64,000 nucleotides of DNA from Lama guanicoe (taxonomy: Eukaryota): the NCBI GenBank assembly GCA_013239625.1, contig MU053594.1, positions 522,355-586,354 of the forward strand, in the 5' to 3' direction. A program made the position numbers and the translations under genes. Numbering within the stretch: position 1 is the stretch's first letter; every line of letters starts with the position of its first letter. Under the pieces are notes generated by a model that was not told the origin of the DNA, ran no database searches, and saw nothing but the letters and a program-made list of their open reading frames with translations. This document shows positions 12,646 to 26,322 of the stretch, one piece after another.

Positions 12646-14892
12646 GAGATTAACCGGGGATGGCTTTCCTTCAGGGCTGTCTTTCCTTCTTCCTTTCTCC
12701 CCTTCTAGAGAGAAGATTCTGAGAAGGTGACATGTGGTTATTCTTCACTGGGGTGAAAGGCATGGAGAAAGCTCTGTCTTTTTTGGGTTTTACTCTTTTT
12801 CTTCCTGAAGTTTTCCCCTAGCCTGACTGCAAGGAAACAAGCTTCTTTCTCTGCATCGTCTCCAGTTCAGAGGTTTTGGTTGACAGCCTTGGTGGAGTTT
12901 TGGATAGTGAACAGCATTGTTGCCTGTCTTAGATCCAGCCATTAGTGTCATAACTAATCCATCACCCAATCTGCTAGTTCTCTCATGCACAGGCCGGACT
13001 TCACTACCTGCATCCCATCTGAGGTGGCCGTCACTGAGGACATGGCACCTTAATGATAATTCTCCCTTAAAAACATGGAGTCATAATGGTAATTTTCTTC
13101 ACAGATTAGTCCAGATAAAACCTCCAGCTTCTCCAAAAACTCGGGGCTCTTTGGCAATGGGAATTGGGGAGAAGCAAATGGCTGTAGTGTTTCTTGACTC
13201 TGGAGACCCCTACGCCTACCCTGAGTCAGTCCCTGGGTCCTAACAACCTGCAGCATGAGAGAGGCAGAGGACAGTCTGAGAGAGGTTCAGCCATTGGAGG
13301 ACCGCCAATCTGAGATTTTTTAAAGGCAGACATACTGGAAGGTGACCTATCTTATGGATAAAAGCACAGGTTTTGATTCAGACTCTACCTGAGTTTGATT
13401 CCTGCTGGGCAGATGAGTCAAACTCTCTGAGGCCCAACTTCTTCATTTGTGAAATGAACATAACATATCTTCTTCTAGGACTGTGGGAAGAGACAGTGGG
13501 GTAAGCTCTATCTATGAGCCTGGCTCAGAGTTAAGTGTTCAGCTTAGGGTACCGATTGCTACTATTATTCATCTAATCTACCCGGCATCTTGCATAGTAC
13601 CTGGTACATAATCAGCTGTCAAGGTGTGTTTGTTAGTGCATTCCTGGGACCCAGGGTGGACCATGGGGAGAATGATGGTGGAATACGGGCAACAGGGTAA
13701 CGGGAAGGAGCAGGCTCCCTGCACAGCTAAGAGGTGCATCCCTGCCTGAAGCTGCCGGCTAGATGGAGTTGGCAGTCTTACACTGAGAAAAGAGACCAAA
13801 ATACGGGGAGGATGTGTATCAGCATTCTCCTCAGTTTACAGCTGAGAAAACAAAGGCTCAGGGAAGGGCCCTTAGTGGTTCAATGTCACATAGCAAGGAA
13901 ACGGTGAGTTCAGAGTCACCTCCCCATTCAGCCTAATGCCCATGGTGTGGCTCATTAAGGAGTATGGCAGCCCTTGAACTTGAGGTCTGACATCTCTAGT
14001 TGTTTGTCGGATCCAATCTGCTACCTGCCTTAGTCCCAAAGTCCTCCGCAGAGATGGTCTACAGCACCTCTTCCCAGCATATTCTAGAACTTCCACAAGG
14101 CAACCAGCTTCCATGCTGTGGGCTCCTCCAAGGGCAGCCGTGGGCCTGGCCTGGCGCAGCCCCCTGGGATGTGGTCCTTTGCCCTTCTCCAGTCTCTCCC
14201 TTGGGGCTGTCCTGGCATGTCTCGCTGAGCGTGTGGGGTGCTGCCGAAGCTGTGATGTGAGTTCTTCAAAGTTCACTTTGGAAACAAGGACAAGAAGTTC
14301 CCGGGGAAGTCGGCTCCCAGCTTGCTGAGCTCTGCAGCTCTCTGTGGGACTGGCTGCTGCCGTCAAAAAGAATAGAGCCATCATTCTGCAGGAGGGTTTA
14401 CATGATAATAGGGTTTTTGCTTCCCAGTAATTGGAAAGGTGCTAATCTAGTGACTCATGAGCTACATATAAGAAAAAAAAAAGCCATCAGGAAAGGAGAC
14501 TGCATCGTGTTTTCTGAATGCCTTATCTTATTTCAGTGGGGAGGGCGAGCTGCGGCTTAGCTGTAAGGAGCAGAGCCTGGCTGTCCTGGCAACCCTGCTG
14601 GAATGACCCTCCATATACCCCTGCTTCCCATCCAGGTAGTCGAGTGATGCGGAAATCGGGGGAGGGATGGGCCTGGTCACGTGTCTGGGGTGGTAAACCC
14701 GGCCCCAGGCCATTGGGAAGGGAGCTGGTAGGCGCACAAGTTTGCAAAGGAGGCAGTTATTACCAAGTTAGTGTTAGAACCTCCCCAGGTCGAGTGAGCA
14801 CACGAGTGCGAGTGCACATGTGTGCATGTGTGCATGTGAGTGTGGGTCTATGTGCACATGTGGGCTGGTTGACTGTGTGGGCTTGTATTGAG

Positions 14893-14898
14893 TGTGTG

Positions 14899-14934
<36 letters not shown>
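14893..14934 (+). repeat. (TG)n microsatellite
   Basis: Directly visible TG run. Confidence 0.95.
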
Positions 14935-14938
<4 letters not shown>

Positions 14939-15779
14939 TGTACAGCTGTGCCTGGCCTGAATTCTGCTGCTCCTCTTTGGGCTTGGGTTCTGATTATTGT
15001 TGCTTTCTCCATCCTTTGAGCTCCAGGGACCTGAGCTGAATCCCGAGATCTGGCCCTCTGTGTCTTGGTACCTGGGGTAGACGGTTTCCCTGGGTCTTGC
15101 TGCGGGAGCAGCTGACATTTCGGCTGGGCTCCCTTTGGACAATGCAACCTCTTTACCCTTAAAGGGGCAGGCAGTTGGACTCTGATCCTGCCTGGAAGGC
15201 ACGTGGGACTGCCCAACACCTGAACCCCCTCTCCAGGGGCTCAGGGGTAGGGTGCCTACTCCGACCCACCCTTGCATCCCCTCTGTCACCCCGCTCCACT
15301 CCTTTTGCTTGGGGACATCCTCCTCCTGCTCCGGACTCCTGTCCTCTTCCCATGGCATCTTGCTGCGGTGGAGCCCCATCTCTGGTGCACCCCCATGATC
15401 TCTGGAGTCCAGAAAGGCCAAGAGTCCTTGCAGCCATGGCACCCCCCCACCCCCAGCCTCCCTCCTGCTAGCAGCTCCCGGCTGAGTCACAGTCCCCCTG
15501 AGGCTCTCAGCTCCTCCCTACTCCCACTCCTTTCATTAACTTCATTGAAGCTAATAATCCTGCCAGCAATTCCATTGTCTCCTCTTAATTCCAATTTCCT
15601 CTTGTCTCAAGGGGCAAATCAGCAGAGTGAAATGGTGAAGTGGTAGGCACAGCCTCCCTGTATTAATTAGGGGAACATTAACGAGGTGAAACAAACACGC
15701 CTTCAGCATCAGGGTGCTGCTCCTGCCTCCCTCTCCCCTCACCTCTCCCATTCCTTCTTCCCCTCCCGAGCTCCAGCCA

Positions 15780-16260
15780 GACCTGGGAGTGTGTCTCCAC
15801 TCCCTCTCTCACCCCCTCGTCAAATCAGTCACCGTGTCACATAGATCTACCTCCCGCGTACGCCTCAAATTCTTCCAGTCCCCCTGACCCTCCACCGCCC
15901 CGGCCACTGCCCTGGTCCACACCACCGTCAGCTCCCACCCGGGCAATGGTGACGGCCTTCTGACCAGCCTCCCTGCTTCTAGGCTTGCCTTCATCAAATC
16001 TTTTCTCCATCCTACAACCAGATGAAGCACACGCGACTCCTTCTGGGTACCCGCCCTGAGTGGGCACCACGCAGCCTCGCCGTGCACGTTCTTCCTTGTC
16101 ACCTGCTGAGTTCCTCCTCCCCCTCCAGTTTCTTGGGCATCCTTTCCTCCAGGAAGCCTTCTCTGACCTGCGGACTGGGCTGGGCAGCCTTTTGTGTATC
16201 GGTCCCCATAGCAGGTGGGCTGACCCCGTTGATCAACATCCCATTGGTTATGCTGGGATA
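15780..16260 (+). mobile_element. L2 fragment
   Basis: cactgccctggtccac...ccttctgaccagcctccctgcttc...tcctccaggaagccttctctgacc. Confidence 0.65.
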
Positions 16261-16733
16261 CAGCTGCCTGGGGCTGCTCTGGCTTTCCCACCAGCCTGCC
16301 TTCCAGGAGAAGGAAGGGTTTGGGAAACGGAGTGGGGTGGATGGCACTGACAATGATTCATACCCTCTAGCTGTGAGTTTTGAATTGAGAAATAAGTACA
16401 GGTGTCAAATTGGCTCTTATTATTATTAGGTTTTTTATTGCTGCTGATAAAGCTGGATTGAAGGAGTGACTTGGCTCAAAGACAAAATGAGCTCTCTACT
16501 CCTTCCCTCCTGGGTTGAGACTACCCTCCCGTCTCAGCAGCACAGCAGGACAACCCCCGGCCTCCTTGGGGAAGGGTGTTCCTGGACAGCAGCAGCAGCT
16601 CCTTCGGAGCAAGTAGAGACGGACGGTCACACATCTGCTTGACCCTTTTCCCATCTCACCAACCATAATCACTCTTCCTTCCGAGAACCGAATAAATAAG
16701 AGGCGTGGGGAGCAAGCAGCAGTTTCTGCCCAG

Positions 16734-17087
16734 TGTTAAAAGATAAACTGAGGCATATTAATCATTTTAAGAGTTTATATAAGCAAAAATTGATTGGAGT
16801 TGGGTAGTGCCCAACCACAGTTTTTAGGGGACTCAACCAATAGGAGCTGGGGCAAGACTTCCACAGGGGAGGGGCGGAAACAAAGCGAGGAAATGCTCTG
16901 ATTGGCACGAGTTTAAGCGTTGCCCTGTTTGGGGAAGCCCCGGTGGCTGTTGGTGACTGGTTGTCCTAAGGTTTCAATTTCTTATCCTTGAGGCAGTTAT
17001 GAGCTCCATTTTGGTTTGTTTTCATTGGCTACCGAGGTTATTAAAGTCGCCTCAATCTAATAGCCTCCTTGCTTAATTAATTTAGCA
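16734..17087 (-). mobile_element. ERV1-type solo LTR
   Basis: TG...CA ends with imperfect inverted termini TGTTAAA/TTTAGCA and 4-bp flanks CCAG/CAAG; internal CCAAT, GC box and TATA-like motifs on the minus strand. Confidence 0.75.
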
Positions 17088-18659
17088 CAAGTATTTATAA
17101 GCTCAGGGTCAAGTTCCTCTTTCACAGGCTGGCAGGAGCATGGGGAGAGATAAAGGATGTTTCTCCTTACACGCGCGATCTCTGGTTTGCCACCAAATCG
17201 CAGCACCCAGTCTAGAGCCTGGCACATTGCAGATGACCTATAAAAGCTTGTCAAGGGGAAGAGAAGTCTTACATTTATTGGCTTTATCTAGAAGGGGTCA
17301 TAGCTGATAGGGAAACTGAGTCCGGAGAGCTAAGGTGATTTACCCAAGGGCACAGAGATATCAGTGTTCCCTTCAGCCTTCTTACTCCAGGGTCCTATTT
17401 CCCAGCCCTGCTTCAGTTGTGGGCTAAGGGCACTGGGAGGTTGGCACAGGAATGCTGTATATAGGAGGGAGCTTGGAATACAGCAGGAGACAAACAATAC
17501 CCCAAATCGTGTGCCACGTGGGAGCACCTGCATGGAATGGCTGTGACTCTGGGATGGAGCAGGTCAGGAGGGAAGAGGGCTTGAAGCCAATGCTGCAGAA
17601 ACAGGACCTGGATAGCCTGGAGAAAAAGTGTGTTTTCTGCATGGATGTTGGGTGGGAGGAGACCTAAGCTTGTACTGGATATCCCCAGAGGATGGAGCTT
17701 GGACCGTTGAGAAGCATATTTTGTTTATAAATTCCACAAACACTTGTAAGCATGAGTTTGTGTGCACAATAGTGAACCCATCCCTGTTGCTGAAGAGCAT
17801 TTGGTCTAGTTGAGTCGCGGGCAATACTGTGAGTCAGAGATGCCCAGCGCTGGTGTTCACTGTGCAGTAGAGAAGCACCTGCCTTGGACCAGGTGAAGGG
17901 TGGGGTGATCAGAGATGGTTCAAGGATATATCTTGGGTTCAAGAGAATTTCCGGTAAGTAGTGCTAACCAAAAGGGAAAGAGCCACCCAGAGGGATGGTG
18001 GCTAGCCGATGGCAGATCCCTTCCACCTCTGCACTGCGTGGTTCTCCGCAGCAGGTAGGAATGCGTGGTGGTGGCATTTAGGTCTGACTAGCCCAGGCTT
18101 GGGCTCCACCCCACACATCAGATCAGATGCTGCCAAGAGCCCTCCAGTGTCTGCTTCCTTATTCGGTCCAGTACTACTAAGCCAAGGCTGCGCACCGCTA
18201 CGTTGACTCTCCCAGACCTTGCCGTGCTTGCTGAACTCCAGCTGGCGACCTGGCCTTAGGCTGAATTCTTTCCCTGCTTCAATGTCTTCCTGTAAGTCTT
18301 GCCAGGGGGTGAGGAGCGGTGGTTAGAGGGAAGATTCCCTGCCTTTCTCAGAGGTTGGCTCTGTTGTGATCCCACAAATGCCCATTGAGCTCCAAGGCTC
18401 CGTAGCTCTGTATGGAGGGGGGGTGTAGGGGATGATGAGAAAGATGGAGGGACCCTGAGCACCTGGGGAGAGTGGTGTGATGCACATCTGTGAACGTAGC
18501 CTCTCTTCTGCCTGCAGCTACCTGTTGCCATTTTCCCTGAACTGGAGGTGTGGCTTTGGCTGCCTTCATGTCCCTCTTTTCCTTTAGGTCCTTCATCCTA
18601 ACAGTCCTCGGAGCAGGGCACTCCAGGGCGGTGGCCCCTGCTCTCTCCAGACGATGAAG

Positions 18660-19105
18660 AGTGAGATCTGAAAAGGCCACATACTGGATGATTCCAACTA
18701 CATGACATTCCGGAAAAGGCAGAAGGATGGAGACGGTAAACAGTTCAGTGGTTGCCAGGAGTTGCGGATTGGGAGGGATGAATAAGTGGAGCCCAGAGGG
18801 TTTTTGGAGCAAACTACTCTGTAAGATACTGTAATGATGCATTCATGTCATTTCACATTTTTCCAAGTCCATAGACTGTGCAGCACCCAGAGTGGAGCCC
18901 TAACGTAAACGATGACGGACTTTCAGTGATCACGGTGTGTCAATGTCGGTTCACCCTTAGTAAGTAACGTACCATCCTGGCGGCTGATGTTGTTAACAGG
19001 GAGGCAGTGCGTGAGTTGGGGCAGGGGGCATGTGGCGAATATGTGCACCTTCCCCTCAATTTTGCTGTGAGTCTCAAACTGCTCTGAAAAATTTAGTTTC
19101 TTTAA
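18660..19105 (+). mobile_element. L1MC/MB-type 3' end
   Basis: atgattccaactacatgacattccggaaaaggca...caattttgctgtgagtctcaaactgctct. Confidence 0.8.
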
Positions 19106-19655
19106 AAATGGCCTCAAATTCTTCGGCACTCCTCCCATTGAGAAGTGCCTGTGTCCCTTCCCTTGAATCTGGGTGAGATTGTGTCTACTTTGGCCCATAG
19201 ACTGCAGAGGAAGTGATGCTATGAGGCTTCGGAGACCAGGTCATAAAATGGCATGCAGCTTACCCCTGGTTCTCAAGGAGAATTCTCTCTGGATGCTCCC
19301 TCCAGGGAGACTCCCTGTGGAATCCAGCCAATATGCTGCAGGAAGTCCAAGCCAGATGGACCCATGTAGCCACCTGGTTGGTAGTCCCAGCTGAGCCCAG
19401 CCTCAAGTCACCCCAGCCCAGGTGCCAGACACGAGAGTGAAGACGCCTCCAGATGCTTCAACCCTGGCTGCTCCTGCTGCCCCTAGCTCTTTGAATTTCT
19501 CAGATAAGGCATCGGACAGCGCAGAACAGAGGTAAGCCATTTCTGCTGCTCTCCATCCAGACTCCTGCCCATAGAATAGGTGTGCATAACAAATCAATGG
19601 TGCCTTATGCCACTTAGTTTGGAGCAGTTTGCTATACAAAAACAGATAACCAGGA
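19105..19655 (+). mobile_element. MLT1-type solo LTR
   Basis: aaatggcctcaaattctt...cccttgaatctggg...gccacttagtttggagcagtttgctat...gataacc. Confidence 0.8.
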
Positions 19656-20929
19656 CATCATGTCAGACCAAAAGGCTATGGGGACTTACTTTTTTTCAGG
19701 CTCTCCAAAAATTAAGTTTCTAATCCCCCGCAAGCAGACAGGCAGGTGTGGACTGTAGCAGACTCAGACTGGTCCACGGCATGGATTGCCAGGCCTGGAT
19801 ATGACGGCCAGGCCACTTTACCTTGCCTTCCGGCCAATCCCTTGACTAAAAGGAAAAGTAAACGGTGCCACCAATCACCTGCTACCCTCCTTCCGCCTTC
19901 CTCTGTCTGAAAGGGGCTGCTCACAGGTCTTGGAGCTCAGCTCTGAGCTGCACTGGGGTGGGGGGCCTGGCCCCGGGAATCTAGTCAGTACCAGCCTCTG
20001 AGCCAGCTCTTCCAGGCTGTTAGCGCATCATTTACAAAACGACTGTATTGACCACAGGAGACGATTAACTGTCACGGACTTTGACACGCATCTCTTTCTG
20101 GGGCCCTGGCAAGACGACTGAGCCACCTGCGTTGCATGTGGAAGTGGTGCGTCTGGGTGTGGGGAGGGGGTTGGTACACAGCAGTCGGGGACTGGATGCG
20201 GGGGATGCCAAAAGGGGTATGTGTGTGAGTTTGAAAGAGAGAGAGAGAATTCGGGCTCTGACCTACGAGGCCATCCCAGCAGACGATGCCATGAAGTATG
20301 GTCAGGGTCAGGGCTGCGCTGGACTGCTGCTTTTATCTCTGTCTCTTTTCGTGGGGCCTGGGGGTGATGGAGATACTTCCTTCCTCGCTCCTTTCTTTAA
20401 CCACCTCCTCCAGGAGCTGAGGAAGATGAAAATGAATGGTCAGTGCTGACCACAAGCACCAGGGAATGTGAAGGAGGAAAAAAAAAACTGACTTAACTGG
20501 GGCAAGAGTAGAATCTGGGAGAACATTTAGGCCACCAATTAGGTTGTGGCTGCATAATACATTTTCAAAATAAAGTGCAAATGGTAGCCTATGACGATGC
20601 TGTTCTGCCCCATCCTTGTTTATTTTTTCACTTTATATGATGTCTTGTAGACTGTTCTGTATCAGCACATAGAGAGGTCCCTTATTTTTTAATGTGTGTA
20701 TATAACATTTCATTTTATTTTATTTTTATTTGTTGATTGATTGAAGTACAGTCAGTTACAATGTGTCAATTTCTGGTGCACAGCACAATGTCCCAATTAT
20801 GCATATATAGACATCTATTCGCTTTCATATTCTTTTAAAATGGTTTGTTTTTATGCAATATTTTAAAAAATTTCATTTTATGAATATACTATCACTTTTT
20901 CAATCAGCTTCCTGTTGATGGACATTCAG

Positions 20930-21100
20930 ACAAGTGTTTCTCAAACTTTAAAGTGCATGTGGATCAACCACCTGGTGGTCTTGTGGAAATGCAGGTTCTG
21001 ATTCTGTTGGTCTAGGGCGAGGTCTGAGATGCTGCATTGTTGACAACCTCCTGGGTGATGCTGAGGCTTCTGGCCCATGGACCCCCCTTTGCATAGAAAG
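20930..21100. mobile_element. MER5A-like hAT MITE
   Basis: gtttctcaaacttt...aaatgcaggttctgattc...ctcctgggtgatgctgaggct...catggacc. Confidence 0.8.
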
Positions 21101-24100
21101 GATTCAGACCATTTTCAATATTTTGCCATGCTAAGCAATCTTGCCATAAATATTTTTGTATGTGTCTTTCACCATGTGCAATTCTATATGTAGGATAGAT
21201 TTACAGCAGTAGAATTTCCCGATCAAAGATATGTGTGTGCCCTGGTAATTTGGTAGATTTTGCAAATTACCTTTCATGAAATTTTCACGCTGCCAGCACT
21301 GTACGCAGGAGTTACCCCCACACTCTTGCCAGCAGGGAGAATTATTCAAGAAATGTGCTTCCATTTCTCCTTAATATTTTTAGTTTTTATATTATGAATT
21401 TAGATGTTATATTATTGGTGCACAGACATTCAGGACTGTTAGAGCTTTATGGTGAATTGTGCATTTTTTTTGGTTTTGTTTAACATTGCCCTGCATCCCA
21501 GCTTCCAATGAGTGTTTGCTTGGTTGCCTTCCCCCTCTGCTTTCCTATATATTCCTGTGTATTTTTAATTTAAGATTTTTCACACATCAAGTTAGTTTAT
21601 CAATTAGTTCACTTGCATATGCATATTAAAATGTCATACATTATATAAAATCTTAATTTAGAAGCGCCGGTTCCTCCACCCTCATTATTTCGTGAAATCA
21701 TTTTGTTCAAACTCTTCGTGTGCATTTTTAAGATCACAGTTCTCTCTCCTCCATCATTAGAGATAATGTTCTGAGTCATTTACCCCAATTTTCCAAAACA
21801 CATCATCTTCACCTCCTTCTAAAAGTTGACATACCACAATTTTTGTATCCCTGTGTACTGACGTCAATGTCAAAGTCATCCCGAGCTATGAACACTTGCT
21901 CTTTTACGTTCAGTTGTTTTATCTGTTTGTCCCGTGGGTGTCTATTTATGAATTCTGTGGTGGAGCTACTTACTCTCTTCTTCTCCTCTTTCATTTAATT
22001 TATGTTTTCTATGAGCAACACATGGGAATAGATATAAATATATAGGTATAGATGCCAAACGTTCTATGAAGCTTATATTTTTAAATATCGAAGGAAAAAT
22101 TCTTCAGTCCTTTGCATTCACAGCTTCTGCCCTCAGGCAAGGTGACCACTTCAAATTCTTTTGGCTCTCCCAGCGTTTTCTCTTTATGTCTAAGTAACAC
22201 ACTCATATTGCTATTTGTTTAGTGTTGTAAAGTTTTAGGTACTATCTGTTGACTTCCTACAACAGAAAAGGTGGATTTAGCCCTCTCACTCTGCTTGTCC
22301 CCATTTCCCTTCTCAATTCTTTTAACATAGCTGTATCAGAATGTTTTTCACTAAATAAATAATGTACACGGTGCTGTTATGATTATATGAGTATTATTGA
22401 GTTGAGCCCTGTGATGAATTACGTTAAGTTTCCTTTCTGCGAAACTTTCTATCTTTCCTGTAGCTCCTGTTCAACTTTCTGTTAGCTTGTTTGTATCAGT
22501 TTCTCTGTATATGTCATTAATCTACCCCCAACTTTCTGGCAGATGTATAACTCTTGTCTCAGTATTCAAAACTCCAGTAAGGGATCCTCCTGGAGGATCT
22601 AATCCAGACTGGTCGCCCCTTAGTCCTTTTCACCACCCCCTGTGGCCTCTCCTGTGTGGGACCCCCTGACTTCTGTCTTTCTCTTTGTTTTCTCTCCTTT
22701 CGGTGGAGCCATCTTCCAACGGCTTTCAGAGAAAAGGCACGTGGAGGATCGAAGTTTGGAGGATTTTCATCTCTGATGAAACGTTCTCATTCTACCTTGT
22801 ATCGTTGCACGAGACATAGAATCCTGGGTTTGGTATAATTTCCCCTTAGAATTTGAAGGACTGCTGTCTCCTAGTTTCCAGCATTGATGAGAACTTGTGC
22901 TGATACTGGATGCTTTGAATGTGACCCCAGCTTCCCTGTCTCCCTTCCCATCGGTGCATCGCCTCTCTGGATGCCCCTAGATGGCCTCTTTGGACCTGGT
23001 ATACTGAGGTTTTAGGGTCGTGTGCTTGGGTGTCCATTTTCTTGCATTGTGCTGTGTTCTTTTTTTTTTTTTTTTACATTTTTATTGATTCATAATCATT
23101 TTACAGTGTTGTGCTGTGTTCTTAATGATAGAATTTTTCAATGTGGAAACACCTCCTTCAGATATAGGAAATTAACTTGTACCATGTTACATTTTTGAAC
23201 AGATTTCTTCCTTTTGTTCTCTCTTCTCTCTTCCCAAAACACATATCATTATTAGTAGACATTTGGACTCCGGGACAAATCCTTTAATTTTTTTTTTCTC
23301 TTTCCTATTTTCAATCTCTTTATCTTTCTATTCTTCTTTCTAAGAGATATCTCTATCTTATAACTCTTCTATTGATGTTTTAGTTTGTGCCGTTTTATAC
23401 TTTTTTGTTTCCTCAATCCTCCCCCTCTCCATTCCCCCTACACCTTTTTTGGGAGGGAGAGGGGCATCCTGTTTAATTTCCATGGATTCAATAGCTTCTT
23501 TTTATCTCTCTGAGAATATTAACTATCATATTTGGGAGGTTTTCTCTGCTGCCTACCTTGGTACACTTTTTCTTTTTAAAGTTGGTTTCCTATTAGTTTC
23601 ATGTCTGTGTCTCACATTAGAGACTTTCTGATATTTGTTGATCTTTGGCCAGTTGATGACGTTTAAGAGTGAAGCGTTACAACATGGACTGGAAGTTCTG
23701 GCACGTGGGCCAGATTGCCCAGGGGTGGGTTTCGCTGAAGGGGTTACTGGGCCGGGACCATGTGGCTCTGTTGAGGACTCCCCATCCCCCTGCCATGACT
23801 GTCTTTTCTCTTCACCAATCAGTTTCCGCAGAGGGGAATCTGCCTGTCTCCTGCCCTGGGTGGTGGGGTAGGAGTGGGGAAACTTATCCAGATGCCCGCT
23901 TCTGGGAGCTAGGTGGGGAAGGAGGGTCAGGGAAGGGGGCGCCTCACCACTTAGCATGTTGACCTCCAGCTGATGCCCTGCTTACAGAGTGGCATGCCCA
24001 CTTTCAGAGTCCCTGTGGACCTCCCTCTCCAGCACCTAGACCTCCCTCCTATCTGCCTGGCTGGTGGAGGTTGCGGGGAGCTGACTGCTGCTTGTACAGA

Positions 24101-24470
24101 CTTTAGGACAACCCCGTAGTTTTCAGCCACAACCACTCCCTGCCATGACGGTCTTGGTGCCTCTCCACCCCGAGCTCTTCTGGAATCCGTGCACTAAAGC
24201 AGCTTTACGTGGCTTCCCCACTGCACTGCCCTCCATGCTGGCGGGAGGCCCAGCTCTTTCTAGTCTGCTCAATTTCCTTGTACTTCTTCTGCTTTTTTTC
24301 CCCCCCAGAACTCTAAAATTCTGTTGACATCTGCTCTGATCTCCACTCCTGTTCTCTCTGTTGTGGTTTTATGCCTTTGTTCATCCTTTGGCTGTCACCT
24401 TTTTACTCACATCAGGGAAGAAACAGAGAGAAATATGTTCATAACTCCATGTTCAGCTGGATCCGGTCGG
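21100..24470 (-). mobile_element. Old L1/HAL1-like fragments
   Basis: T-rich antisense L1-like tract ending in a GC-richer 5'-UTR-like segment. Confidence 0.55.
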
Positions 24471-24479
24471 CCTCTCATT

Positions 24480-25070
24480 TCCACCCTTCCTAAATCACTT
24501 TCTTTTGGTGTGTCCGAGTAATCTTTTCAAATAGCAAACCTGCTCTTACTTCTCTTTAACTTAAAATCAAGACTCTTAGGATAACAGCCTGAAGTCTTTG
24601 ACGTGGCTTGAAGGCCTGCTCTGCCTCCTGCCCCAGCTCCCCCAGGATGGTGCTCCCTTCACTTACTAACATGCTGTTCCCGCTGCCTGAACACCTGTCC
24701 CTCAGCTGCCCTGCACCTGGTCAATTTCTGTCACCCTTCAGTGCTCAGCTCAGATCTTTCTTCAAGGAAGTCTCTCCTGCCTCTAGACTAGGTCAGGTTC
24801 CCTGACGCCCTCTCTAGAAGCCCTCTGCACTCAAGTTTAAATGCTTAAGGAGTTGCTGGGTGTCTGTGTCCTCCACTAAGGTGTAAGCTCATAGCTGTAG
24901 TAGTGAGTTTGGCTGGGAGGTAGTAGGGCAGAGCTGGGATCTGTGAGGCCAGGGAGCGCCACTGTCTTCTTTAGTATTGTGTCCCCATGGCCTAGGCCGA
25001 CGCTTACAGAGAAAGGATGCTTAAAGCATAGCTGTCGAATGAATGGATGGATGAATGAATGAATGAATAT
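24480..25070 (+). mobile_element. L2 3' fragment
   Basis: Ends ...tgtccccatggcctagg...gaatgaatggatggatgaatgaat. Confidence 0.75.
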
Positions 25071-25369
25071 GTACCTGGATCTTAGAGATGGCCTGGCTCA
25101 ACATCTGCTTGTTCCATTCCAGCACACGTGCACAAATTTTCATATATGATGCTAATAACAGTCTTCTGAGGTGGATCTGTCAGTCTTGTTTTACTGAGGA
25201 AGAAGTTGGGGTTCAGAGAGGGAAAGTAACTGACCTGACATCACACAGCTAAGCGACAGAGCTTGGATCAGCACTCAGGTCTGTCTGCCTCCAAAGCCTA
25301 CCAGTTTCTCCACTCCAAGTGCCCTGAGTGGTAGCATTCAGCTCACCTTGCCAGGAATCAGGAGAGCGA

Positions 25370-25800
25370 GTGGATGAGTCAGCCTTTGCTGTCATGACGA
25401 CCCCTAAACCTCATGACTTCCAGCAAGTGTTGGTTTATTCTCACTCATGGATCTGCAGGGTGGGTATGGCTGTGCTGGGCCTGGCTGCGCTTGGCTCTGG
25501 GCTGAGGGTCAAGTTCAGCTCAGTTCCTGCTTCTCACTCCAGGATTAGGCTGAAGGAGCCTCCGTGCTCTGGGGCATTTTGTTCTCACAGTCGAGAGAGG
25601 AAGCTCGAGAGGGCTGCCATTAAGTGTACAGCCCTTCTAGAAGCTTGGGACCCATGTACCCCATCCACTCATACCCCACTGGCCAAGCAGGTTGGCCAGG
25701 CCCAACATCCCGAGTGTGCGAGGCTTTCCCTCCCATGGGGGCGGGGGCTTCAGAGAATGAACATTTGCTGAACAATAATACAACCTCGTGTAGTGAGAGA
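25370..25800 (-). mobile_element. Old MLT1-type LTR
   Basis: gtttattctcactcatg...cactcataccccactggccaagca...aatgaacatttgctgaacaataat. Confidence 0.6.
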
Positions 25801-26322
25801 CAAGGTGACCTCCATGGACAATGACAACATTGGAACCCATTGTCCAGGGGCTTCCAGCCGGAGAGCAAAGCCTCCTGAGAAAATTTTTCACTGCCGCCCA
25901 CGTGTTAAGCACCTACCAGGTCTGAATGCATCTTGTTCTTACAGGCACCCAACCTCACTGGCGAGGAGGTGCTGAACGTTACAGCGGGCATTTGTGCTGA
26001 TTGGCTGGTGCCCATGCCATTCTTAAGTATTTTAAGCACCACTTCGAACATATGTAAATATAAGTTACATATTTAACCCTTTTTCTGACCTGGCTTTCAC
26101 CCCTTCTCTGGGACTGGATGCTGCAGTAACCAGGATCTGTCTTGTCCACAGAGAAGCGCAAAGGGGAAAAGCATGGGAATAAAAGCAGTAGAACACGGTT
26201 CAGGTAAACACAAAGGAGAACTTCCTGTCTACCTAGGCTTTGGATTAAAAAAGGAAGTCCCTTTGTTAATCTAGCAAATATCTTTTAGATCCCTTTCAAC
26301 GCTGGGCACTTGAGATGTCGGG

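Noticed and set aside
14774..15490. 238-aa minus-strand ORF
   Set aside because: Reads through a (CA)n microsatellite and GC-rich low-complexity DNA; no recognisable homology.
20263..20416. KQQSSAALTLTILHGIV as the iGluR pre-M4/M4 segment
   Set aside because: M4 is better placed at 37.5-37.76 kb, next to S2. Kept only as an orphan exon-like signal.
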